From NCBI GenBank assembly GCA_964544275.1, contig CAZIZX010000001.1, forward strand, positions 196,342 through 260,341: 64,000 nt of DNA, read 5' to 3'. The notes under the pieces were generated by a model. It saw only the letters and a list, made by a program, of their open reading frames with translations. It was not told where the DNA came from and did no database searches. How positions within the stretch are numbered: the stretch's first letter is position 1; the number at the start of each line of letters is the position of its first letter. The translations under genes and the position numbers were made by a program. The stretch comes from an uncultured Gammaproteobacteria bacterium. Lineage in GTDB: Bacteria; Patescibacteriota; Microgenomatia; UBA12405. This document shows positions 37,529 to 48,337 of this stretch, piece by piece.

Positions 37529-38443
37529 ATGGACCAAATCGCCATAGTCGTTTTAAATTGGAAAAAACCCCAGTTAACCATCGATACCGTCAATTCCTTA
37601 CTTCAAGTTACCACCAAAACTTTCCATTATCAAATAATCCTAGTCGACAATCATTCCCCCGACAACTCCCTCCAACTGTTTAAACAAACTTATTCTGACA
37701 ACAAACTCGTCACTATCCTCCAAACCCCTTCCAATCAAGGCTATGTTGGCGGCAATAACTTTGGTATTGAATACTCCCTCAAGCACAAATACACTTTTAC
37801 TCTCCTGATCAATAACGACGTCATCGTCGATCCCGACTTTTTGATTCATCTTTATCTTCAATCCCGAAAAAACAACTACCACCTGCTTGGGCCCAAAATC
37901 TATTTTGCCCCCGGCTTTGAATTCCATAAAACCAGATATCACCCAAACCAACTGGGTAAAGTAATCTGGTCAGCCGGTGGCCAAATGGACTGGAATAATA
38001 TCTTGGGATCAAATATTGGCATTGATCAAGTTGACACGGGCCAATTTGACCAAATTCTAGAAAACCCCGACTTCCTGAGCGGCTGTTGTTTGTTAATCAA
38101 AAATTCTGTCTTTCAAAAAATCGGACTTCTTGACCCTGTTTATTTTATGTATCTCGAAGACGTTGATTTCTGTCAAAAAGCCAAAATAAATAACTTTAAA
38201 CTTGCTTATATCCCCAAATCGGTTATTTGGCACATTAACGCCGGGTCATCTGCCTCAGGCAGTAGTCTTTTTGATTACTTTATTACCCGAAACCGCCTCA
38301 TTTTTGCTTCCCGATACGCCCGACCCAAAACCAAATTCGCCCTCACTCGCGAAGCTCTAAAATTCGTTTTTTCATCAAATTCCTGGAAAAGAAAAGCTGT
38401 TTTTGATTATTATTTCCATAATTGGGGCAGGGGATCATGGTAA
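37529..38443 (+). CDS. GT2 glycosyltransferase (rhamnosyltransferase-like).
   Basis: IAIVVLNWKKPQLT, IILVDNHSPDNS, GYVGGNNFG, INNDVIVDPDF and GCCLLIK. Confidence 0.75.
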   Translation: MDQIAIVVLNWKKPQLTIDTVNSLLQVTTKTFHYQIILVDNHSPDNSLQLFKQTYSDNKLVTILQTPSNQGYVGGNNFGIEYSLKHKYTFTLLINNDVIVDPDFLIHLYLQSRKNNYHLLGPKIYFAPGFEFHKTRYHPNQLGKVIWSAGGQMDWNNILGSNIGIDQVDTGQFDQILENPDFLSGCCLLIKNSVFQKIGLLDPVYFMYLEDVDFCQKAKINNFKLAYIPKSVIWHINAGSSASGSSLFDYFITRNRLIFASRYARPKTKFALTREALKFVFSSNSWKRKAVFDYYFHNWGRGSW

Positions 38444-39225
38444 AGAAAAGTCCGCTTTTGACCATCATAATTTTGGCTGGCAACGAAGAACTAATGATAA
38501 AAGACTGTCTTTTAACCTGTACTTTCGCCCAAGAAGTTATCCTGGTAGCTGCCAATTCATCCGACAATACGGTAAAAATTGCCAAATCTATCCTGCCTTC
38601 AATCAAAATATTCAAAACCACCGACGAATACAACAAAAACTTCTCCAAATGGCGTAATATCGGTTATCGCCACGCTACTGGCAAATGGGTACTCTATGTC
38701 GATGCCGACGAAAGGATAACCCCAAAATTAAGGCAAGAAATTGAAAACATCACCACCTCCCCCCCCCAACACTCTTACTATGTTATACCCAGAGCCAACC
38801 ACTATCTGGGCCAAAGAGTCCGCTACGGCGGTTCCTATCCCGATTACGTTAAGCGTTTATATCTTAAATCAAAGTTTAAAGGTTATCGTGGTGTCCTCCA
38901 CGAAGAACCAATTGTCGACGACAATTTTGATTACTTAAAATCGGATTTACTCCATTATACTCACCGGGATCTCACTTCTATGTTAAATAAAACCATTGTC
39001 TGGACAGACATGGAAGCTCAAGCCTTATTTGCTGCCAATCATCCTCCGGTTGTTTGGTGGCGTTTTATCAGAATGATGTTTACCAAATTTTTCGAAAGAT
39101 TAATTCGTCAACAAATGTACCGTGACGGCACCATTGGCTGGATTTCGGTTATCTTCGAATCTTTCAACACTTTTATCATTTATGCCCGGCTTTGGGAATT
39201 ACAACAAAGAAGCGACAGTTCGTAA
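38437..39225 (+). CDS. GT2 glycosyltransferase (WaaE/KdtX-like subfamily).
   Basis: LTIIILAGNEELMIKDCLL...QEVILVAANSSDNT and YVDADE. The C-terminal W.R motifs are as in the ORF at 36592. Confidence 0.7.
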   Translation: MVKKSPLLTIIILAGNEELMIKDCLLTCTFAQEVILVAANSSDNTVKIAKSILPSIKIFKTTDEYNKNFSKWRNIGYRHATGKWVLYVDADERITPKLRQEIENITTSPPQHSYYVIPRANHYLGQRVRYGGSYPDYVKRLYLKSKFKGYRGVLHEEPIVDDNFDYLKSDLLHYTHRDLTSMLNKTIVWTDMEAQALFAANHPPVVWWRFIRMMFTKFFERLIRQQMYRDGTIGWISVIFESFNTFIIYARLWELQQRSDSS

Positions 39226-39236
39226 TATAATAAAAC

Positions 39237-40424
39237 ATGCAACCAAAAGCCGCCATCTATGATCCCTACCTCGACACCTTGGGAGGAGGGGAAAGATACT
39301 GCCTTACTGTAGCCGAAATTCTTCTCAATAACAATTATCAGGTGGATCTATTTTGGTCGGGTGATCCTGATTTAATCCAAAAGGCCCAAAAACGATTCTC
39401 GCTTGATCTCAGAAAACTAAACATCCAACCTGATATCTTCCACATTCACCCCCGTAATATTGACTTTATCGAAGATAATCAGACGCTGGTTAAGCTATCC
39501 AAAACCACGTCTACTCCCCAAAAATTTATCTCCAAATTCAAAGATTTAGTCTCAAAGTATCTCATCAGCAAAAATTACGATTTATTTTTTATCCTAAGTG
39601 ATGGCAGTGTTCCGCTCGTTTTTTCCAAGAATAACTTCCTTCACATCCAAGTTCCCTTTGCCCACAAAACAGATTTTATCAAAACCACTGGAAACTTGGC
39701 TAAATTAAAACTTTATAACCAAATTATTTGTAATTCTCACTTCACCCAAAAGTTTACTCAAAAACTCTTCCCCAAAGCTCCGTCCACCGTCCTCTATCCC
39801 CCCGTCGACGTCGAAAAATTTGGTTCAACCACCCCAAAAGAAAATATTATTCTTTCGGTCGGACGGTTTGATAATATTCTTAATGCCAAGAAGCAGGAAG
39901 TTTTGATAACTGCCTTTAAAAAACTATATCCTAAGATCAAATCACCCAAATGGAAACTTATCCTGGCCGGTGGTAGTCTGACTGATCCTCAAAACAACTC
40001 CTATCTTCAATTACTCCAACAACAAGCCAAAGATTATCCCGTTGAATTCTTGATAAATCCAGACTTCAAAACCCTATGCTCAACTTACGCCGCTTCTAAA
40101 ATATACTGGCATGCTGCCGGATTTGGTGTCAACGAAAACAAAGAACCCCAATATACGGAGCATTTTGGAATTACCATTGTCGAAGCTATGTCCTCCGGCC
40201 TCGTCCCTATCGTCGTCAACAAAGGCGGGCTCAAAGAAATAATAAGGCCCAGCCAAAACGGCTATCTTTGGGACACACCAACTCAATTAATCAATCAAAC
40301 GCTCAGATTGATCAACAACCCCAAAATCCTAAAGAAACTCTCTCTGTCCAGTCTCAAAGACTCCTGTCAGTATTCAAAGGAAAATTTCGAAAATAAGTTC
40401 TTAACTCTTATAGCTAAACCATGA
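39237..40424 (+). CDS. GT4 (GT-B fold) glycosyltransferase.
   Basis: N-terminal GGGERY. C-terminal EHFGITIVEAMSSGLVPIVVNKGGLKEII carries the E-x7-E donor-binding motif. Confidence 0.8.
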   Translation: MQPKAAIYDPYLDTLGGGERYCLTVAEILLNNNYQVDLFWSGDPDLIQKAQKRFSLDLRKLNIQPDIFHIHPRNIDFIEDNQTLVKLSKTTSTPQKFISKFKDLVSKYLISKNYDLFFILSDGSVPLVFSKNNFLHIQVPFAHKTDFIKTTGNLAKLKLYNQIICNSHFTQKFTQKLFPKAPSTVLYPPVDVEKFGSTTPKENIILSVGRFDNILNAKKQEVLITAFKKLYPKIKSPKWKLILAGGSLTDPQNNSYLQLLQQQAKDYPVEFLINPDFKTLCSTYAASKIYWHAAGFGVNENKEPQYTEHFGITIVEAMSSGLVPIVVNKGGLKEIIRPSQNGYLWDTPTQLINQTLRLINNPKILKKLSLSSLKDSCQYSKENFENKFLTLIAKP

Positions 40425-41293
40425 ACATCTCCGTCATCGTCACTAATTGGAATGGGGTCAAACTTCTCCAGAAAAATCTTGAAACTATCATAAGTACTTG
40501 CCCCCAAGCCCAAGAAGTCATCTTGGCCGATGATGCTTCCACCGACAACTCAGTTGCCTATGCCAAAACTCTCCAAAAAAAATATCCTCAGCTAAAAATT
40601 ATCAAAAATAAAACTAATCTTGGCTTTGGAGAAAACACCAATAACGCCGTCAACAAAAGCAAGGGAGATTTTGTTGTTTTACTCAATAATGACATCTTAC
40701 CCGAACCTGATTTTCTTATCCCTTCCCTTAAACACTTTTCCGACCCTCTAGTCCTTGGTGTTGGCTTTGCCGAAAAAGGTCACGAAAATTGGGCCAGAAT
40801 CTTTTGGAGTGACGGTTACCTCCAACATGAACCCGGCAATGATATTTCCAAAACTCACATCAGTGCCTGGATCTCCGGCGGCAGCTCGATCATTAGAAAA
40901 AGTCTGTTTCAAAAACTCAAAGGCTTTGATCCCGTTTACGCCCCTTTCTACTCAGAAGATCTCGACTTGGGGTTCCGTGCCTGGAAATCCGGCTATAAAC
41001 TTCTCTGGGAACCAAAATCAATCATCACCCACAAACACGAAGCCACCATTTCCCGGTTTCCCAAGAAATTTCTTGATTATGTCAAGGAAAGAAACCGGCT
41101 CCTTACCGTCTGGCGCAATATTTCAGACCGCAATCTTCTGACCAAAAACAAAATTGCCGTTATCAGTCGTGTTCTCTTTGGCCCCAATTACATAAAAATT
41201 ATCCGGGCTGCCAACAGACAAATAAAATTAAACCCACCTCCAACGGTCTTCCCTAAATTAACCGATAGGGAAGTTTTTGACATGTTTTCATGA
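40421..41293 (+). CDS. GT2 glycosyltransferase.
   Basis: ISVIVTNWNG, ILADDASTDNS, LLNNDILPEPDF and EDLDLGFRAW. Confidence 0.8.
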   Translation: MNISVIVTNWNGVKLLQKNLETIISTCPQAQEVILADDASTDNSVAYAKTLQKKYPQLKIIKNKTNLGFGENTNNAVNKSKGDFVVLLNNDILPEPDFLIPSLKHFSDPLVLGVGFAEKGHENWARIFWSDGYLQHEPGNDISKTHISAWISGGSSIIRKSLFQKLKGFDPVYAPFYSEDLDLGFRAWKSGYKLLWEPKSIITHKHEATISRFPKKFLDYVKERNRLLTVWRNISDRNLLTKNKIAVISRVLFGPNYIKIIRAANRQIKLNPPPTVFPKLTDREVFDMFS

Positions 41294-42096
41294 AAACCAA
41301 ACTATCCGTTATTATTTTAACCTGGAATACCGCCCAAATTACCAAAAAATGTGTTCTATCTGTCATAAAACACCTAAAAAATGTTGACTACGAAATAATT
41401 CTTGTTGACAACAACTCCACTGACAACACCATAAGTGTAATCAAGCAAATAAAAGATCCTCGCATTAAAATAATCAAAAATACCGCCAATCTGGGCTTCT
41501 CCAAAGGAAATAATATCGGAGCTTCCAAAGCCAAGGGGGAATTTTTATTCTTCCTTAACTCAGATATGGTACTAATTGACAATAGCATCAATCTCATGCT
41601 TGAGTTTTTAAGCAATCATCCAAATATCGGAGCCATTGGACCACAGTTTCTCCATCCCGATTCATCACCCCAAGCGTCAGTTTTTCCTCCCCAAACCCCT
41701 CTCAACGCCTTCAAAGAGTTTTTCTTAAATAAGCCCCGTTATTCCAAATATTTACCTAACACCGCCAGTCCCTCTCCCGTCTGGGCCATATCCGGCGGTG
41801 CCCTTTTAATAAAAAAAACGTTATTCTCCAAAATTAACGGCTGGAATGAAAAATATTTCTTCTATTTTGAAGACTTAGATATTTGTCGAAGATTAAGAAA
41901 AATGGATAAGTTAATATTTTACTTCCCCAAAACCCAAGTTATTCACTACCACGGAATCAGCGGTAAAAATATCACCTCATCTGAAAATCAATGGCGTCGA
42001 CTCATCCCAAGCAGTATCATTTATCACGGTTTCCTGGGTCATTATCTTATTAACTCGATTATCTGGTCAGGTCAAAAATTCAAAAAACTGATTTAA
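41290..42096 (+). CDS. GT2 glycosyltransferase.
   Basis: LSVIILTWNT, IILVDNNSTDNT, FLNSDMVL and FEDLDICRRL. Confidence 0.8.
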   Translation: MKTKLSVIILTWNTAQITKKCVLSVIKHLKNVDYEIILVDNNSTDNTISVIKQIKDPRIKIIKNTANLGFSKGNNIGASKAKGEFLFFLNSDMVLIDNSINLMLEFLSNHPNIGAIGPQFLHPDSSPQASVFPPQTPLNAFKEFFLNKPRYSKYLPNTASPSPVWAISGGALLIKKTLFSKINGWNEKYFFYFEDLDICRRLRKMDKLIFYFPKTQVIHYHGISGKNITSSENQWRRLIPSSIIYHGFLGHYLINSIIWSGQKFKKLI

Positions 42097-43574
42097 AACC
42101 AGGGTCTATTTTCTTTTAGCATTCCTTCCGATGACCTCAGAACCATAAACCGCCAAAAAAACGGTATTTTTATCGTCGATAATTTTGTACTCGGCCCGAT
42201 GGGACAATTAACATGCTCGCACTTGAGTTCGAATGCGTTATATATATATTTACTGTTAAACCACATTCCCATCGCCAAAAATACTATAAATACCACCCCT
42301 GACAATCTCTTGGCCCATTTTTTTTGCCAAGCCAAATAAACAAGCGAAGGCACCAAAGCCAATAAATACGTCAGCCTAAAAACATTCGCCGGAGTCGTGG
42401 GCCGATGGGCATTGGACAGATAATACCGGGAACTCACTATCAACCCAATAGCCAAGGCTAAATTAAAAAACGTCGGATTTTTGTAAATTTCCCTTACACC
42501 CATAGCTCCAAAAATGGCCATTATCGGAAACATCGTATATCGGTACCACGGTAATAAATCCTGTTCCGACCCGGAAAATACCGCCACCATCAACCAATAA
42601 AAGAAAAACAACGACAATAACCAAACTTCCCGGCTTTTATTTTTCTTCAAACTGAAATACAAAGAGAATACTAAACAAAAAATGTACCAGCCATCAAACA
42701 ACAAGAATATGTCATAAGCGGGAGAGGTCAATACATGGCCCAACCCACTCCACCCGGCAAATCTTTGGCCTTGTATGCTAACAATAGTATTAAATAACTC
42801 CCAATTATAATAATAACCATAAGCCACAAAAGCAGCCACCCCGGCCAAAGTCAACAAAAGTATCACCAGTGAATCTCGCCACCTCTTTTGCCTCATACAA
42901 ATAAATATACCCAAAGGTGCCAAGAAAAATCCGGTCGGTTTCATCAAACCCAAAACAAATGAGGCCACGCCAAATACTACTGCGATCGAAAGTCTCGGTT
43001 TTTTCATATAACTCCTCGCCAACAGTAAACTACCCACCGACACCATGGCTATCATATTTTCGGGAACCGACAATCTCGACCCAAACACAAAAACCGGGGT
43101 CAATCCATATACCAGCATCGACAACAATCCTATTTTATAACCAAAAAACTTATATCCCACCCAAAACACCAATAATGACGTAATCAAAGAAGCCACCACT
43201 GACGGTATTCTCGAACGGGATGCCGGGATCACATCGTCTCTATTGTCACCATACAAATGAGCTACGCCTCCCGACATCAAACTATAAAGTGGCGGTTCGT
43301 CAAGCCAAGGTTTGTATAACTTGGCCGGTAAAAATACATTATCAATATCGCCTACAATCCCATCATAAACCAAATTCTCTTCCGGATAATCCAGGGTAGA
43401 CCACGATACCGGAACGCCAGTCTCAATCAAGTGAATCCCTGACCAACTATAAAGCAACTCTTCCGCATGATTTACCTCCGGCACCCTGTCGTAGTTATGA
43501 AGTTTAACTACGGATATAAACATAAACAAACAAAAGAAAACCAAATATCCAACCAATTTCTTATATCTATTCAT
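42093..43574 (-). CDS. GT-C-type membrane glycosyltransferase (ArnT/PMT-like, divergent).
   Basis: Polytopic. The first periplasmic loop carries LYKPWLDEPPLYSLMSGG, which resembles the KPPL and DE loop motifs of ArnT-family enzymes. Its orientation is opposite to the flanking operon. Confidence 0.5.
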   Translation of the reverse strand: MNRYKKLVGYLVFFCLFMFISVVKLHNYDRVPEVNHAEELLYSWSGIHLIETGVPVSWSTLDYPEENLVYDGIVGDIDNVFLPAKLYKPWLDEPPLYSLMSGGVAHLYGDNRDDVIPASRSRIPSVVASLITSLLVFWVGYKFFGYKIGLLSMLVYGLTPVFVFGSRLSVPENMIAMVSVGSLLLARSYMKKPRLSIAVVFGVASFVLGLMKPTGFFLAPLGIFICMRQKRWRDSLVILLLTLAGVAAFVAYGYYYNWELFNTIVSIQGQRFAGWSGLGHVLTSPAYDIFLLFDGWYIFCLVFSLYFSLKKNKSREVWLLSLFFFYWLMVAVFSGSEQDLLPWYRYTMFPIMAIFGAMGVREIYKNPTFFNLALAIGLIVSSRYYLSNAHRPTTPANVFRLTYLLALVPSLVYLAWQKKWAKRLSGVVFIVFLAMGMWFNSKYIYNAFELKCEHVNCPIGPSTKLSTIKIPFFWRFMVLRSSEGMLKENRPWF

Positions 43575-43603
43575 ACGATAGTATATAATTTTCTCAGCTT
43601 ATA

Positions 43604-45181
43604 ATGATAAAGATAAAACCAATCCTTCTCTTATTTTTAGTCTCCCTCATTCCCAGATTATTATTTCTTGACCACCTTCCTCCCAGTCTAAATTGGGACG
43701 AAGTATCTCACGGCTACAATGCCTACTCCATCCTCAAAACCGCCAAAGACGAGTGGGGGAGTACCTTGCCTCTAATTTTTCGGGCCTACGGAGATTACAA
43801 GCTGCCTTTGTACATTTACCTGACAATTCCCTTTGTTTATCTTTTTGGCCTGAATACCCTGTCGGTCAAACTGGTCTCAATCATTGCCGGTTCGCTTATC
43901 CCTGTTGTCGTTTATTTTATCAGCAAAAAATATTTACAGTCCAGAACCGCTTTTCTGACCGCCCTTATTACCTCATTCTCTCCCTGGGCTATATTTACCT
44001 CGCGAATTGCTCTCGAAGCCAACCTTTTTGTCTTATTACTTTTGTTTTCATTCTACCTCATTCTCCAAAAAAAATACGTTTTAAGCACCGTAATCTACTC
44101 TTTTAGTCTCTTCACCTACAACAGCAGCCGGGTTTATCTGCCTTTTTACCTGCTACTCCTCATCTTCTCCATTGTTAGCAACAAGTTTCCCCTCAAAAAA
44201 AACTTCTTTTATTTTTCGTTCTTTTTTATGTCTCTTCTGCTTGTTCTCACCCAAACCCTAAACCCCGAAGGTCAAGCCCGTTACAAATGGGTTTCTATCC
44301 TGGACTCAGGGGCCATCAATCAAATCAACGAACTCAGGAGTGAATACCCCCGCATTTTTGTAAATAAAGTTACCTATTTTATCTACAAAGCCGGCGGCAA
44401 CTACCTGTCTCATTTTCACCCCAAATATATATTTTCAGAAGGTTCCAGTAATTACCAGTTTAACATTCCTAACTTTTACCTTATTCACCCCCTATTCTTC
44501 CCCCTCTTAATTTTAGGTCTTTATCGATTACTCAAAACCAGGTCTGTCAACCACAAAGTCTTACTCCTGTTTTTATTAATTGCTCCCATCCCCTCAGCCA
44601 TCACCCGCGACGCCCCGCACATTCTCAGAAGTCTGGCCTTTTTACCCGTAACTACACTAATCATTGGTTTGGGCATTGATTTTGTCTCCCAAAAAACCAA
44701 ACTCCATCCGCCCCTCATCTTCCTCATCCTCGCCACCCTTGCTTTTTCTCAATTTCAATTTTGGAAATCTTACAAAACTTACCGGCATAATTACTCCCAA
44801 AGCTGGCAATACGGCTACCAACAAGCCATAGAATTCGCCAAACCCCTTTACCACGATTATGACGAAATCATCATCACCAAAAATTACGGAGAACCTCACG
44901 AATTTGTATTATTTTATTTTCCCTGGCCACCTCAGAAATATCAATCGGAGGATAAAAACTGGTCTTATCACACCGACTGGTATTGGGTGGATTCTTTCGA
45001 CAAATTTACTTTCTTAAACGATTGGGAAATCCCTGATAAATTAGATGGTTTTCACGTGAAAAATACTCTCTTAATTACCACCCCCTCAAACTACAATCCG
45101 GAATTTTATACCCTCCTCTCAACCATAAATTTCCTCGACGGCACTCCGGCCTTCGACATCCTAAAAAGCAATGAAAACTAA
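43604..45181 (+). CDS. GT-C glycosyltransferase, ArnT/PMT (GT39/83-like); paralog of 25673-27346 and 45929-47515.
   Basis: WDEVSHGYNAYSILKTAKDEWGSTLPLIFRAYGDYKLPLYIY is the same N-terminal signature as the other two paralogs. Confidence 0.75.
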   Translation: MIKIKPILLLFLVSLIPRLLFLDHLPPSLNWDEVSHGYNAYSILKTAKDEWGSTLPLIFRAYGDYKLPLYIYLTIPFVYLFGLNTLSVKLVSIIAGSLIPVVVYFISKKYLQSRTAFLTALITSFSPWAIFTSRIALEANLFVLLLLFSFYLILQKKYVLSTVIYSFSLFTYNSSRVYLPFYLLLLIFSIVSNKFPLKKNFFYFSFFFMSLLLVLTQTLNPEGQARYKWVSILDSGAINQINELRSEYPRIFVNKVTYFIYKAGGNYLSHFHPKYIFSEGSSNYQFNIPNFYLIHPLFFPLLILGLYRLLKTRSVNHKVLLLFLLIAPIPSAITRDAPHILRSLAFLPVTTLIIGLGIDFVSQKTKLHPPLIFLILATLAFSQFQFWKSYKTYRHNYSQSWQYGYQQAIEFAKPLYHDYDEIIITKNYGEPHEFVLFYFPWPPQKYQSEDKNWSYHTDWYWVDSFDKFTFLNDWEIPDKLDGFHVKNTLLITTPSNYNPEFYTLLSTINFLDGTPAFDILKSNEN

Positions 45182-45932
45182 TATTAAATTTCTATCGTTA
45201 CTTCTAATAACCGGTCTTATAATCAGACTCCTGCTTTTCCCCACAGGAAATATCGTCAACTGTATCCAGTTTTTAGCCATTACTTCAGCCTTTTATCTTC
45301 TGATACTAAAATTTACCCAAAAACCACCACTCGCCCTTGTTAGCGCTGCCATTTATGCTACCAGCCCTCTGAGCACCCAATCTTTTGTGTTCGTCCCCCT
45401 GCAAACCATTATCCTCGTTTTCTTTCCGCTAATATTTTTTGCTACATCCTATGTTGTTCCAAAAATAAAAATATCCGCCGCAATAATATTATTGACCATC
45501 CTCTTCTTCTTTCAATTCCCACCCTCAACACTTTCACTCATCCACCCCCACTTTCTGTTTTTCCAGTCCAATTGGGACTCGTTTAATTTTCTTGCTCCCT
45601 ACACCGGCTATCTCCTCCTGCCCTCAATTCTTTTCCTCCCCCTGGGCCTATATTATTTTTTCAAAAAACCAACCCCGCTGGGAATTACTTTTCTTGCTCT
45701 CCTCTTTTTAGCTCCCATATTCAAAACAATGGAAATTGTCATCATCCTCCCGCTTTCATACTTTACCGCGCTGGGAATATATCAAACCGCCAATCTTTTT
45801 AACCCGAAATATCGCCAATGTTACTACACCGCCGTCTTTCTGCTTCTTTTACTTTTTTTTCTCTATTCCTCAGATCTATATCTTTTCCACGCCCCCAAAC
45901 TTACCCCTTATTTCCTCCAAAATAGTCTATGA
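45171..45932 (+). CDS. Polytopic membrane protein, unknown function.
   Basis: 253 aa that are almost entirely hydrophobic. It sits between two ArnT-like genes, with overlapping start and stop codons. Confidence 0.35.
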   Translation: MKTNIKFLSLLLITGLIIRLLLFPTGNIVNCIQFLAITSAFYLLILKFTQKPPLALVSAAIYATSPLSTQSFVFVPLQTIILVFFPLIFFATSYVVPKIKISAAIILLTILFFFQFPPSTLSLIHPHFLFFQSNWDSFNFLAPYTGYLLLPSILFLPLGLYYFFKKPTPLGITFLALLFLAPIFKTMEIVIILPLSYFTALGIYQTANLFNPKYRQCYYTAVFLLLLLFFLYSSDLYLFHAPKLTPYFLQNSL

Positions 45933-47515
45933 ACCTCAAACTATTGCTCATACTAACCCTGGCTCTTCTCGTCCGATCGGTAAACATCTCCTCCTATCCG
46001 CCTCTCAATCCCGACGAAGCTGCCATCGGTTACAACGCCTACTCCTTGCTTCTAACCGGCAAAGACGAGCATGGCACATCTTGGCCACTTCACTTCAAGT
46101 CCTTCGGCGATTACAAACCCGGCGGTTACATCTACCTAAGTCTGCCTTTCATTGCCCTAAACGGCCTTAATCCTTTATCCGTCAGACTGCCCAACATTTT
46201 CCTGTCCCTAATCGCCCTGTATTATTTGTACCAAATCATTCAAATCTTAACTCACAATCAGCGTCTGAGTCTGATTACTGTTTCTTTAGCCTCAATTAAT
46301 CCCTGGTTGATCCATTTTAATCGGGGAGGATGGGAATCATCGGTCGCCCTGTCGTTGATAGTAATTGGAACTTTTTATTTCCTCAAATCCCTTAAGCAAA
46401 AAATTTCCTTAAATTTCTTTCTTTTTACCTTATTTTTTGTTCTGTCACTCTACGTTTATCACTCAGCCAGGATTATCGCCCCATTATTAGCCCTTTCCTA
46501 CGTCCTCCTCAATGCCCGATATCTTTTGTCCAACTTCAAAAAAATAATCATACCCACCCTCATCGCCTTTCTATTATGTCTTCCGGTCCTCTTCTCGTTT
46601 TTAAATAGTGGCGGATCTGTCAGATTTAGCGGAGTTGGTATAACTGCCGACCCCGGTCCGCTCTGGCGTGCCAATGAATTAATTGGCCACCATTCACCAG
46701 ACTCATTCTACTCCAAGATTATTCACAGCAGCAAAGTCCATTACTTACTTTCCTGGGCCGACAAATACCTTTCTCATTTCAACCCTTCCTTTCTTTTTAC
46801 CACCGGCGATGAAGTTCCTCGGTCAAAAATACCTTACTTCGGCCAATTTTACTTGATTGAATTGCTCTTTTTACTCTTCGGCCTTCATCTTTTATTCTCC
46901 GCCCAAAAGTACCGCTCGCTCAAAACTATAATCATCCCTTGGCTTTTAGTATCCCCTCTGGCTTCATCTTTGACCTTTCAGGCACCCTCAGCTCTCCGCT
47001 CTCTTCCCCTCGTCATTCCGATATTGATTATCATCTCCTTGGGATTCGATTTTATTTTATCCAGAACCCATAAGCTATTACGGCTCATCCCTCCTCTACT
47101 ATATGTTCTCACCTTTGTTTTTTATCTTCACTCATATTTTATATCCTATCCGCGAATTTACCCCACCGCCTGGAATTACGGCTTCAACCAGCTAGTCAAC
47201 ACCATCAATTCCGATTTTCCCCAATATGACCGGGTTTTCGTCACTAACAAATATGATCAGCCCTATATTTACTTTTTATTTTTCAACCAATACCTCCCCG
47301 ATTCTCTTCACCCTCAAATAACTCTCACCCCTCCAGACCAGTTTGGCTTCCAGACCGTACCTTCTTTTGACCGCTATCATTTTGGCGCCATCAACTGGGA
47401 TACAATTCCACCCGACTCTCTGGTCATAACCGCCGACGAAACCCTACCCTCCAATCCCGTAAAAACTATAAATTTTGATAATAACCAACCGGCGTTTAAA
47501 ATATATACTAAGTAA
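45929..47515 (+). CDS. GT-C glycosyltransferase, ArnT/PMT (GT39/83-like).
   Basis: PDEAAIGYNAYSLLLTGKDEHGTSWPLHFKSFGDYKPGGYIY. Polytopic, with a C-terminal soluble domain. Confidence 0.75.
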   Translation: MNLKLLLILTLALLVRSVNISSYPPLNPDEAAIGYNAYSLLLTGKDEHGTSWPLHFKSFGDYKPGGYIYLSLPFIALNGLNPLSVRLPNIFLSLIALYYLYQIIQILTHNQRLSLITVSLASINPWLIHFNRGGWESSVALSLIVIGTFYFLKSLKQKISLNFFLFTLFFVLSLYVYHSARIIAPLLALSYVLLNARYLLSNFKKIIIPTLIAFLLCLPVLFSFLNSGGSVRFSGVGITADPGPLWRANELIGHHSPDSFYSKIIHSSKVHYLLSWADKYLSHFNPSFLFTTGDEVPRSKIPYFGQFYLIELLFLLFGLHLLFSAQKYRSLKTIIIPWLLVSPLASSLTFQAPSALRSLPLVIPILIIISLGFDFILSRTHKLLRLIPPLLYVLTFVFYLHSYFISYPRIYPTAWNYGFNQLVNTINSDFPQYDRVFVTNKYDQPYIYFLFFNQYLPDSLHPQITLTPPDQFGFQTVPSFDRYHFGAINWDTIPPDSLVITADETLPSNPVKTINFDNNQPAFKIYTK

Positions 47516-47518
47516 ATC

Positions 47519-48337
47519 ATGAAAACATCAAACATCTCCGTCGCCATTGCCACCTTCAACGAAGAAAATAACATCAAGACCTGTCTTGACTCGGTCCACT
47601 CCTGGGTTGACGAAATTATTGTTGTTGACGGTTCATCTACCGACAACACTCCCAAAATTATCAAACAATTCCCCAAAGCCAAACTCATCTCCACCACCAA
47701 CAAACCCATGTTCCACATCAATAAGCAAATCGCCATCGATGCTTGTCGAAAAAACTGGGTTTTGCAATTGGACGCCGATGAAGTAGTCAGCCCTGCTCTC
47801 AAAAAGGAACTTCTTTCAATTTCAACCAAAAATCCAGACCAAGTTCCCCGCAGCGGCTTCTGGATCAATCGCCAGAATTATTTTTTGACTTCATTCCTCA
47901 AAAAAGGTGGTGTTTATCCTGACCCGACCATTCGCTTCTACAAAAACGGCCAGGCCCACTTACCCTGCCAGTCCGTTCACGAACAGGCAACTGTCAGCGG
48001 GTCTGTCGGTCATCTCAAAAACGATCTATTGCATTTTGCTGATCCCACTTTCTCCCGTTACCTCAGTCGCAACAATCGCTACACCACTCTCATGGCCAAC
48101 GAACTCCAGCAGCAAAAACTACCCCTTAATTTTATTAATTTATTCAATTATTTTCTTATCAAACCAGTTTCCTGGTTTCTATCAACTTACTTTCGCCACA
48201 AAGGTTTTACCGACGGATTCCCCGGTTTTGTCTTCTCTTTCTACTCATCTCTCCGTTTTCCCATAGCCTATATCAAATACTGGGAACTGAAACATAGTCA
48301 TCGCCAAGTTAACATATCAACAGACTGGGACGCATGA
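47519..48337 (+). CDS. GT2 glycosyltransferase (WaaE/KdtX-like subfamily).
   Basis: ISVAIATFNEENNI...VDEIIVVDGSSTDNT and LQLDADE. Confidence 0.75.
   Translation: MKTSNISVAIATFNEENNIKTCLDSVHSWVDEIIVVDGSSTDNTPKIIKQFPKAKLISTTNKPMFHINKQIAIDACRKNWVLQLDADEVVSPALKKELLSISTKNPDQVPRSGFWINRQNYFLTSFLKKGGVYPDPTIRFYKNGQAHLPCQSVHEQATVSGSVGHLKNDLLHFADPTFSRYLSRNNRYTTLMANELQQQKLPLNFINLFNYFLIKPVSWFLSTYFRHKGFTDGFPGFVFSFYSSLRFPIAYIKYWELKHSHRQVNISTDWDA

Noticed and set aside
43693-44106. 137-aa plus-strand ORF in an alternative frame inside the ArnT-like gene
   Set aside because: It overlaps a gene with a clear family signature in another frame. It is rich in Arg/Cys/Gln, as is typical of off-frame translation.
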